From: Eledone cirrhosa
Taxonomy: Eukaryota
Reading direction: 5' to 3'
DNA length: 64,000 nucleotides
Assembly: GCA_964016885.1 (NCBI GenBank)
Contig: OZ024741.1
Span: forward strand, 210,490,001-210,554,000
Shown here: in pieces, positions 31,061 through 42,340 of the stretch
How positions within the stretch are numbered: the first letter of the stretch is position 1
How the letters are laid out: every line of letters starts with the position of its first letter
Made by a program: the position numbers and the translations under genes
Notes under the pieces: model-generated
Seen by the model: the letters and a program-made list of their open reading frames with translations, nothing else
Databases searched by the model: none
What the model was told of the DNA's origin: nothing

Positions 31061-31240
31061 CTCCCTCTGTCCCCTATTTCCTGCTACGCCAAAAACAAAA
31101 CAGTAAGAGGCCCACCAAAAGAAGCCGTCATAGACACATGTTAGTGTCCTGTGGGCATCACAGCCAACACGTCAAGTTCACCTTTATGACATAGCTGTCA
31201 TCTGCCCAGAATTTGTTACTTCCAACACAACAATGGAAGC
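31061..31240. other. Short complex (non-repetitive) island, function unknown
   Basis: This is the only stretch in 64 kb with mixed base composition and no tandem periodicity. Confidence 0.9.
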
Positions 31241-31530
31241 CTTCTTCTTCTTCTTCTTCTTCTTCCCCTCCACCTCCTCCTTCTCTTCACCATTATTTTC
31301 CTCTGTCTCTCTATCTTCTCATCTTCCTTCAATCTGCTGTCCACCCACGTCTGTCTTCCCATCTGAAAGTCATATTAACCTAACCAATACCTCCTCCTCC
31401 TCCTCCTCCTCCTTCTCCTCCTCCTCCCCCACCCCTCCTGCTCCTCCTCCTCACCCCCTCCTCCTCCTCCTCTTTCTGTCACCATCTTCTTTTATTTGTC
31501 ACTCTTTTCTCTCTTCTTCTCTTCTCACTC
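31241..31530. repeat. Polypyrimidine/polypurine tract containing (CTT)8 at 31,241-31,264 and (CCT)n at ~31,390-31,470
   Basis: Read directly from the sequence. It accounts for the poly-F, poly-S and poly-P content of the ORF at 31233..31598. Confidence 0.93.
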
Positions 31531-31549
31531 TATGTTGTGTCATGTATCC

Positions 31550-31940
31550 CCTGTCCATTCTCCGCCTATCTGTGCCCAAAGTCTACCTACCTGTTTAATA
31601 TCTCAGCCTCTGTCCACCTTTCTCACTCTAAAGACGAAGCCTCTGTCCACTGCCTTAGACTGAGTTCACCTACCTCAGCCCAAGTCCACCTACCAAAGTC
31701 TCGGTCCACCTACCTCAGTCCCAGTCCACCTATCTCAGCCTCAGTCCACTGTATCAGTCTCAGTCAACCTATCTCAGCCTGAGTCCGCCTATCTCACCGT
31801 CACTCCACCTACGAAGCCTCAGTCCACTGTCTCAGCCTCAGACCACCTACCTCAGCCCACCTACGAAACTTCAGTACACCTACCACAGCCACAGTCCACT
31901 TATCTCAGTCTCATTCCACTGTCTCAGTCTCAGTCCACCT
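31550..31940. repeat. Degenerate edge of satellite C
   Basis: Mutated monomers (GTCTACCTACC, CTCAGCCTCTGTCCAC, CAAGTCCACCTACC, ACGAAGCCTCAGTCCAC) converge on the consensus rightwards. Confidence 0.85.
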
Positions 31941-32344
31941 ATGTCAGCCACAGTCCACTGTCTCAGTCTCAGTCCACTGTCTCAGCCTCAGTCCACCTAT
32001 GTCAGCCACAGTCCACAGTCTCAGCCTCAGTCCACCTATCTCAGCCACAGACCACTGTCTCAGCCTCAGTCCACCTATCTCAGCCACAGTCCACTGTCTC
32101 AGCCTCAGTCCACTGTCTCAGCCACAGTCCACCTATCTCAGCCACAGTCCACTGTCTCAGCCACAGTCCACCTATCTCAACCACAGTCCACTGTCTCAGC
32201 CTCAGTCCACTGTCTCAGCCACAGTCCACCTATCTCAGCCACAGTCCACTGTCTCAGCCTCAGTCCACCTATCTCAGCCACAGTCCACTGTCTCAGCCTC
32301 AGTCCACCTATCTCAACCACAATCCACTGTCTCAGCCTCAGTCC

Positions 32345-35300
32345 ACTGTCTCAGCCACAGTCCACCTATTTCAGCCACAGTCCACTGTCTCAGCCACAGT
32401 CCACCTATCTCAACCACAGTCCACTGTCTCAGCCTCAGTCCACTGTCTCAGCCACAGTCCACCTATCTCAGCCACAGTCCACTGTCTCAGCCTCAGTCCA
32501 CTGTCTCAGCCACAGTCCACCTACCTCAGCCACAGTCCACTGTCTCAGCCTCAGTCCACTGTCTCAGCCACAGTCCACCTATCTCAGCCACAGTCGACTG
32601 TCTCAGCCACAGTCCACCTATCTCAGCCACAGTCCACTGTCTCAGCCACAGTCCACCTATCTCAACCACAGTCCACTGTCTCAACCACAGTCCACTGTCT
32701 CAGCCTCAGTTCACCTATCTCAACCACAGTCCACTGTCTCAGCCTCAGTCCACTGTCTCAGCCACAGTCCACTGTCTCAGCCTCAGTCCACTGTCTCAGC
32801 CACAGTCCACCTATCTCAGCCACAGTCCACTGTCTCAGCCACAGTCCACTGTCTCAGCCTCAGTCCACTGTCTCAGCCACAGTCCACCTATCTCAGCCAC
32901 AGTCCACCTATCTCAGCCTCAGTCCACTGTCTCAGCCTCAGTCCACTGTCTCAGCCACAGTCCACCTATCTCAGCCGCAGTCCACTGTCTCAGCCTCAGT
33001 CCACCTATCTCAGCCACAGTCCACCTATCTCAGCCACAGTCCACTGTTTCAGCCACAGTCCACTGTCTCAGCCACAGTCCACCTATCTCAGCCACAGTCC
33101 ACTGTCTCAGCCACAGTCCACCTATCTCAACCACAGTCCACTGTCTCAACCACAGTCCACTGTCTCAGCCACAGTCCACTGTCTCAGCCTCAGTCCACCT
33201 ATCTCAGCCACAGTCCACCTATCTCAGCCACAGTCCACTGTCTCAGCCTCAGTCCACCTATCTCAGCCACAGTCCACTGTCTCAGCCTCAGTCCACTGTC
33301 TCAGCCACAGTCCACCTATCTCAGCCACAGTCCACCTATCTCAGCCACAGTCCACTGTCTCAGCCTCAGTTCACTGTCTCAGCCACAGTCCACCTATCTC
33401 AGCCACAGTCCACTGTCTCAGCCACAGTCCACCTATCTCAGCCACAGTCCACTGTCTCAGCCTCAGTCCACTGTCTCAGCCACAGTCCACCTATCTCAGC
33501 CACAGTCCACCTATCTCAACCACAGTCCACTGTCTCAGCCTCAGTTCACCTATCTCAACCACAGTCCACTGTCTCAGCCTCAGTCCACTGTCTCAGCCAC
33601 AGTCCACTGTCTCAGCCTCATTCCACTGTCTCAGCCTCAGTCCACCTATGTCAGCCACAGTCCACTGTCTCACCCTCAGTCCACCTATCTCAGCCACAGA
33701 CCACTGTCTCAGCCACAGTCCACTGTCTCAGCCACAGTCCACTGTCTCAGCCACAGTCCACCTATCTCAACCACAGTCCACTGTCTCAGTCTCAGTCCAC
33801 TGTCTCAGCCTCAGTCCACCTATCTCAGCCACAGTCCACTGTCTCAGCCTCAGTCCACTGTCTCAGCCACAGTCCACCTATCTCAGCCACAGTCCACTGT
33901 CTCAGCCACAGTCCACCTATCTCAACCACAGTCCACTGTCTCAGCCTCAGTCCACTGTCTCAGCCTCAGTTCACCTATCTCAACCACAGTCCACTGTCTC
34001 AGCCTCAGTCCACTGACTCAGCCACAGTCCACTGTCTCAGCCTCAGTCCACTGTCTCAGCCACAGTCCACCTATCTCAGCCACAGTCCACTGTCTCAGCC
34101 ACAGTCCACCTATCTCAGCCACAGTCCACTGTCTCAGCCTCAATCCAGCTATCTCAGCCACAGTCCACTGTCTCAGCCTCAGTCCACTGTCTCAGCCACA
34201 GTCCGCCTATCTCACCCTCAGTCCACTGTCTCAGCCACAGTCCACCTATCTCAGCCTCAGTCCACCGTCTCAGCCACAGTCCACTGTCTCAGCCACAGTC
34301 CACTGTCTCAGCCACAGTCCACTGTCTCAGCCTCAGTTCACCTATCTCAACCACAGTCCACTGTCTCAGCCTCAGTTCACCTATCTCAACCACAGTCCAC
34401 TGTCTCAGCCTCAGTCCAATGTCTCAGCCACAGTCCACTGTCTCAGCCTCAGTCCACTGTCTCAGCCACAGTCCACCTATCTCAGCCACAGTCCACTGTC
34501 TCAGCCACAGTCCACCTATCTCAGCCACAGTCCACTGTCTCAGCCTCAGTCCACCTATCTCAGCCACAGTCCACTGTCTCAGCCTCAGTCCACTGTCTCA
34601 GCCACAGTCCACCTATCTCAGCCTCAGTCCACCGTCTCAGCCACAGTCCACTGTCTCAGCCACAGTCCACTGTCTCAGCCACAGTCCACTGTCTCAGCCT
34701 CAGTTCACCTATCTCAACCACAGTCCACTGTCTCAGCCTCAGTTCACCTATCTCAACCACAGTCCGTTGTCTCAGCCTCAGTCCAATGTCTCAGCCACAG
34801 TCCACTGTCTCAGCCTCAGTCCACTGTCTCAGCCACAGTCCACCTATCTCAGCCACAGTCCACTGTCTCAGCCACAGTCCACCTATCTCAGCCACAGTCC
34901 ACTGTCTCAGCCTCAGTCCACCTATCTCAGCCACAGTCCACTGTCTCAGCCTCAGTCCACTGTCTCAGCCACAGTCCGCCTATCTCAGCCACAGTCCACC
35001 TATCTAACCCTCAGTCCACTGTCTCAGCCACAGTCCACCTATCTCAGCCTCAGTCCACTGTCTCAGCCTCAGTCCACTGTCTCAGCCTCAGTCCACCTAT
35101 CTCAGCCTCAGTCCACTGTCTCAGCCTCAGTCCACTGTCTCAGCCTCAGTCCACCTATCTCAGCCACAGTCCACTGTCTCACCCTCAGTCCACCGTCTCA
35201 GCCACAGTCCACTGTCTCAGCCACAGTCCACTGTCTCAGCCACAGTCCACTGTCTCAGCCACAGTCCACTGTCTCAGCCTCAGTTCACCTATCTCAACCA

Positions 35301-38300
35301 CAGTCCACTGTCTCAGCCTCAGTTCACCTATCTCAACCACAGTCCACTGTCTCAGCCTCAGTCCACTGTCTCAGCCTCAGTTCACCTATCTCAACCACAG
35401 TCCACTGTCTCAGCCTCAGTCCACTGTCTCAGCCACAGTCCACTGTCTCAGCCACAGTCCACTGTCTCAGCCTCAGTCCACTGTCTCAGCCACAGTCCAC
35501 TGTCTCAGTCTCAGTCCACTGTCTCAGCCTCAGTCCACCTATCTCAGCCACAGTCCACTGTCTCAACCACAGTCCACTGTCTCAGCCTCAGTTCACCTAT
35601 CTCAACCACAGTCCACTGTCTCAGCCTCAGTCCACTGTCTCAGCCACAGTCCACTGTCTCAGCCTCAGTCCACTGTCTCAGCCACAGTCCACCTATCTCA
35701 GCCACAGTCCACTGTCTCAGCCACAGTCCACCTATCTCAACCACAGTCCACTGTCTCAGCCTCAGTCCACTGTCTCAGCCACAGTCCACCTATCTCAGCC
35801 ACAGTCCACTGTCTCAGCCTCAGTCCACTGTCTCAGCCACAGTCCACCTACCTCAGCCACAGTCCACTGTCTCAGCCTCAGTCCACTGTCTCAGCCACAG
35901 TCCACCTATCTCAGCCACAGTCGACTGTCTCAGCCACAGTCCACCTATCTCAGCCACAGTCCACTGTCTCAGCCACAGTCCACCTATCTCAACCACAGTC
36001 CACTGTCTCAACCACAGTCCACTGTCTCAGCCTCAGTTCACCTATCTCAACCACAGTCCACTGTCTCAGCCTCAGTCCACTGTCTCAGCCACAGTCCACT
36101 GTCTCAGCCTCAGTCCACTGTCTCAGCCACAGTCCACCTATCTCAGCCACAGTCCACTGTCTCAGCCACAGTCCACTGTCTCAGCCTCAGTCCACTGTCT
36201 CAGCCACAGTCCACCTATCTCAGCCACAGTCCACCTATCTCAGCCTCAGTCCACTGTCTCAGCCTCAGTCCACTGTCTCAGCCACAGTCCACCTATCTCA
36301 GCCGCAGTCCACTGTCTCAGCCTCAGTCCACCTATCTCAGCCACAGTCCACCTATCTCAGCCACAGTCCACTGTTTCAGCCACAGTCCACTGTCTCAGCC
36401 ACAGTCCACCTATCTCAGCCACAGTCCACTGTCTCAGCCACAGTCCACCTATCTCAACCACAGTCCACTGTCTCAACCACAGTCCACTGTCTCAGCCACA
36501 GTCCACTGTCTCAGCCTCAGTCCACCTATCTCAGCCACAGTCCACCTATCTCAGCCACAGTCCACTGTCTCAGCCTCAGTCCACCTATCTCAGCCACAGT
36601 CCACTGTCTCAGCCTCAGTCCACTGTCTCAGCCACAGTCCACCTATCTCAGCCACAGTCCACCTATCTCAGCCACAGTCCACTGTCTCAGCCTCAGTTCA
36701 CTGTCTCAGCCACAGTCCACCTATCTCAGCCACAGTCCACTGTCTCAGCCACAGTCCACCTATCTCAGCCACAGTCCACTGTCTCAGCCTCAGTCCACTG
36801 TCTCAGCCACAGTCCACCTATCTCAGCCACAGTCCACCTATCTCAACCACAGTCCACTGTCTCAGCCTCAGTTCACCTATCTCAACCACAGTCCACTGTC
36901 TCAGCCTCAGTCCACTGTCTCAGCCACAGTCCACTGTCTCAGCCTCATTCCACTGTCTCAGCCTCAGTCCACCTATGTCAGCCACAGTCCACTGTCTCAG
37001 CCTCAGTCCACCTATCTCAGCCACAGACCACTGTCTCAGCCACAGTCCACTGTCTCAGCCACAGTCCACTGTCTCAGCCACAGTCCACCTATCTCAACCA
37101 CAGTCCACTGTCTCAGTCTCAGTCCACTGTCTCAGCCTCAGTCCACCTATCTCAGCCACAGTCCACTGTCTCAGCCTCAGTCCACTGTCTCAGCCACAGT
37201 CCACCTATCTCAGCCACAGTCCACTGTCTCAGCCACAGTCCACCTATCTCAACCACAGTCCACTGTCTCAGCCTCAGTCCACTGTCTCAGCCTCAGTTCA
37301 CCTATCTCAACCACAGTCCACTGTCTCAGCCTCAGTCCACTGACTCAGCCACAGTCCACTGTCTCAGCCTCAGTCCACTGTCTCAGCCACAGTCCACCTA
37401 TCTCAGCCACAGTCCACTGTCTCAGCCACAGTCCACCTATCTCAGCCACAGTCCACTGTCTCAGCCTCAATCCAGCTATCTCAGCCACAGTCCACTGTCT
37501 CAGCCTCAGTCCACTGTCTCAGCCACAGTCCGCCTATCTCACCCTCAGTCCACTGTCTCAGCCACAGTCCACCTATCTCAGCCTCAGTCCACCGTCTCAG
37601 CCACAGTCCACTGTCTCAGCCACAGTCCACTGTCTCAGCCACAGTCCACTGTCTCAGCCTCAGTTCACCTATCTCAACCACAGTCCACTGTCTCAGCCTC
37701 AGTTCACCTATCTCAACCACAGTCCACTGTCTCAGCCTCAGTCCAATGTCTCAGCCACAGTCCACTGTCTCAGCCTCAGTCCACTGTCTCAGCCACAGTC
37801 CACCTATCTCAGCCACAGTCCACTGTCTCAGCCACAGTCCACCTATCTCAGCCACAGTCCACTGTCTCAGCCTCAGTCCACCTATCTCAGCCACAGTCCA
37901 CTGTCTCAGCCTCAGTCCACTGTCTCAGCCACAGTCCACCTATCTCAGCCTCAGTCCACCGTCTCAGCCACAGTCCACTGTCTCAGCCACAGTCCACTGT
38001 CTCAGCCACAGTCCACTGTCTCAGCCTCAGTTCACCTATCTCAACCACAGTCCACTGTCTCAGCCTCAGTTCACCTATCTCAACCACAGTCCGTTGTCTC
38101 AGCCTCAGTCCAATGTCTCAGCCACAGTCCACTGTCTCAGCCTCAGTCCACTGTCTCAGCCACAGTCCACCTATCTCAGCCACAGTCCACTGTCTCAGCC
38201 ACAGTCCACCTATCTCAGCCACAGTCCACTGTCTCAGCCTCAGTCCACTGTCTCAGCCACAGTCCGCCTATCTCAGCCACAGTCCACCTATCTAACCCTC

Positions 38301-41300
38301 AGTCCACTGTCTCAGCCACAGTCCACCTATCTCAGCCTCAGTCCACTGTCTCAGCCTCAGTCCACTGTCTCAGCCTCAGTCCACCTATCTCAGCCTCAGT
38401 CCACTGTCTCAGCCTCAGTCCACTGTCTCAGCCTCAGTCCACCTATCTCAGCCACAGTCCACTGTCTCACCCTCAGTCCACCGTCTCAGCCACAGTCCAC
38501 TGTCTCAGCCACAGTCCACTGTCTCAGCCACAGTCCACTGTCTCAGCCACAGTCCACTGTCTCAGCCTCAGTTCACCTATCTCAACCACAGTCCACTGTC
38601 TCAGCCTCAGTTCACCTATCTCAACCACAGTCCACTGTCTCAGCCTCAGTCCACTGTCTCAGCCTCAGTTCACCTATCTCAACCACAGTCCACTGTCTCA
38701 GCCTCAGTCCACTGTCTCAGCCACAGTCCACTGTCTCAGCCACAGTCCACTGTCTCAGCCTCAGTCCACTGTCTCAGCCACAGTCCACTGTCTCAGTCTC
38801 AGTCCACTGTCTCAGCCTCAGTCCACCTATCTCAGCCACAGTCCACTGTCTCAACCACAGTCCACTGTCTCAGCCTCAGTTCACCTATCTCAACCACAGT
38901 CCACTGTCTCAGCCTCAGTCCACTGTCTCAGCCACAGTCCACTGTCTCAGCCTCAGTCCACTGTCTCAGCCACAGTCCACCTATCTCAGCCACAGTCCAC
39001 TGTCTCAGCCACAGTCCACCTATCTCAACCACAGTCCACTGTCTCAGCCTCAGTCCACTGTCTCAGCCACAGTCCACCTATCTCAGCCACAGTCCACTGT
39101 CTCAGCCTCAGTCCACTGTCTCAGCCACAGTCCACCTACCTCAGCCACAGTCCACTGTCTCAGCCTCAGTCCACTGTCTCAGCCACAGTCCACCTATCTC
39201 AGCCACAGTCGACTGTCTCAGCCACAGTCCACCTATCTCAGCCACAGTCCACTGTCTCAGCCACAGTCCACCTATCTCAACCACAGTCCACTGTCTCAAC
39301 CACAGTCCACTGTCTCAGCCTCAGTTCACCTATCTCAACCACAGTCCACTGTCTCAGCCTCAGTCCACTGTCTCAGCCACAGTCCACTGTCTCAGCCTCA
39401 GTCCACTGTCTCAGCCACAGTCCACCTATCTCAGCCACAGTCCACTGTCTCAGCCACAGTCCACTGTCTCAGCCTCAGTCCACTGTCTCAGCCACAGTCC
39501 ACCTATCTCAGCCACAGTCCACCTATCTCAGCCTCAGTCCACTGTCTCAGCCTCAGTCCACTGTCTCAGCCACAGTCCACCTATCTCAGCCGCAGTCCAC
39601 TGTCTCAGCCTCAGTCCACCTATCTCAGCCACAGTCCACCTATCTCAGCCACAGTCCACTGTTTCAGCCACAGTCCACTGTCTCAGCCACAGTCCACCTA
39701 TCTCAGCCACAGTCCACTGTCTCAGCCACAGTCCACCTATCTCAACCACAGTCCACTGTCTCAACCACAGTCCACTGTCTCAGCCACAGTCCACTGTCTC
39801 AGCCTCAGTCCACCTATCTCAGCCACAGTCCACCTATCTCAGCCACAGTCCACTGTCTCAGCCTCAGTCCACCTATCTCAGCCACAGTCCACTGTCTCAG
39901 CCTCAGTCCACTGTCTCAGCCACAGTCCACCTATCTCAGCCACAGTCCACCTATCTCAGCCACAGTCCACTGTCTCAGCCTCAGTTCACTGTCTCAGCCA
40001 CAGTCCACCTATCTCAGCCACAGTCCACTGTCTCAGCCACAGTCCACCTATCTCAGCCACAGTCCACTGTCTCAGCCTCAGTCCACTGTCTCAGCCACAG
40101 TCCACCTATCTCAGCCACAGTCCACCTATCTCAACCACAGTCCACTGTCTCAGCCTCAGTTCACCTATCTCAACCACAGTCCACTGTCTCAGCCTCAGTC
40201 CACTGTCTCAGCCACAGTCCACTGTCTCAGCCTCATTCCACTGTCTCAGCCTCAGTCCACCTATGTCAGCCACAGTCCACTGTCTCAGCCTCAGTCCACC
40301 TATCTCAGCCACAGACCACTGTCTCAGCCACAGTCCACTGTCTCAGCCACAGTCCACTGTCTCAGCCACAGTCCACCTATCTCAACCACAGTCCACTGTC
40401 TCAGTCTCAGTCCACTGTCTCAGCCTCAGTCCACCTATCTCAGCCACAGTCCACTGTCTCAGCCTCAGTCCACTGTCTCAGCCACAGTCCACCTATCTCA
40501 GCCACAGTCCACTGTCTCAGCCACAGTCCACCTATCTCAACCACAGTCCACTGTCTCAGCCTCAGTCCACTGTCTCAGCCTCAGTTCACCTATCTCAACC
40601 ACAGTCCACTGTCTCAGCCTCAGTCCACTGACTCAGCCACAGTCCACTGTCTCAGCCTCAGTCCACTGTCTCAGCCACAGTCCACCTATCTCAGCCACAG
40701 TCCACTGTCTCAGCCACAGTCCACCTATCTCAGCCACAGTCCACTGTCTCAGCCTCAATCCAGCTATCTCAGCCACAGTCCACTGTCTCAGCCTCAGTCC
40801 ACTGTCTCAGCCACAGTCCGCCTATCTCACCCTCAGTCCACTGTCTCAGCCACAGTCCACCTATCTCAGCCTCAGTCCACCGTCTCAGCCACAGTCCACT
40901 GTCTCAGCCACAGTCCACTGTCTCAGCCACAGTCCACTGTCTCAGCCTCAGTTCACCTATCTCAACCACAGTCCACTGTCTCAGCCTCAGTTCACCTATC
41001 TCAACCACAGTCCACTGTCTCAGCCTCAGTCCAATGTCTCAGCCACAGTCCACTGTCTCAGCCTCAGTCCACTGTCTCAGCCACAGTCCACCTATCTCAG
41101 CCACAGTCCACTGTCTCAGCCACAGTCCACCTATCTCAGCCACAGTCCACTGTCTCAGCCTCAGTCCACCTATCTCAGCCACAGTCCACTGTCTCAGCCT
41201 CAGTCCACTGTCTCAGCCACAGTCCACCTATCTCAGCCTCAGTCCACCGTCTCAGCCACAGTCCACTGTCTCAGCCACAGTCCACTGTCTCAGCCACAGT

Positions 41301-42340
41301 CCACTGTCTCAGCCTCAGTTCACCTATCTCAACCACAGTCCACTGTCTCAGCCTCAGTTCACCTATCTCAACCACAGTCCGTTGTCTCAGCCTCAGTCCA
41401 ATGTCTCAGCCACAGTCCACTGTCTCAGCCTCAGTCCACTGTCTCAGCCACAGTCCACCTATCTCAGCCACAGTCCACTGTCTCAGCCACAGTCCACCTA
41501 TCTCAGCCACAGTCCACTGTCTCAGCCTCAGTCCACCTATCTCAGCCACAGCCCACTGTCTCAGCCTCAGTCCACTGTCTCAGCCACAGTCCGCCTATCT
41601 CAGCCACAGTCCACCTATCTAACCCTCAGTCCACTGTCTCAGCCACAGTCCACCTATCTCAGCCTCAGTCCACTGTCTCAGCCTCAGTCCACTGTCTCAG
41701 CCTCAGTCCACCTATCTCAGCCTCAGTCCACTGTCTCAGCCTCAGTCCACTGTCTCAGCCTCAGTCCACCTATCTCAGCCACAGTCCACTGTCTCACCCT
41801 CAGTCCACCGTCTCAGCCACAGTCCACTGTCTCAGCCACAGTCCACTGTCTCAGCCACAGTCCACTGTCTCAGCCACAGTCCACTGTCTCAGCCTCAGTT
41901 CACCTATCTCAACCACAGTCCACTGTCTCAGCCTCAGTTCACCTATCTCAACCACAGTCCACTGTCTCAGCCTCAGTCCACTGTCTCAGCCTCAGTTCAC
42001 CTATCTCAACCACAGTCCACTGTCTCAGCCTCAGTCCACTGTCTCAGCCACAGTCCACTGTCTCAGCCACAGTCCACTGTCTCAGCCTCAGTCCACTGTC
42101 TCAGCCACAGTCCACTGTCTCAGTCTCAGTCCACTGTCTCAGCCTCAGTCCACCTATCTCAGCCACAGTCCACTGTCTCAACCACAGTCCACTGTCTCAG
42201 CCTCAGTTCACCTATCTCAACCACAGTCCACTGTCTCAGCCTCAGTCCACTGTCTCAGCCACAGTCCACTGTCTCAGCCTCAGTCCACTGTCTCAGCCAC
42301 AGTCCACCTATCTCAGCCACAGTCCACTGTCTCAGCCACA
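32345..42340. repeat. Higher-order repeat in satellite C: three tandem copies of ~3.3 kb
   Basis: GTCGAC occurs at 32,593, 35,920 and 39,208. The TGA variant ends at 34,016, 37,343 and 40,631. The ATG variant is at 34,419, 37,746 and 41,034. Offsets are 3,327 and 3,288. Confidence 0.93.

Noticed and set aside
31098-31108. Plus-strand splice-donor-like ACA|GTAAGA
   Set aside because: There is no convincing upstream acceptor or exon on the + strand within the island, and a 6-mer match alone is uninformative.
31233-31782. ORFs of 121 aa and 81 aa next to the island
   Set aside because: They are translations of (CTT)n/(CCT)n microsatellites and the degenerate satellite edge, with no recognisable protein features.
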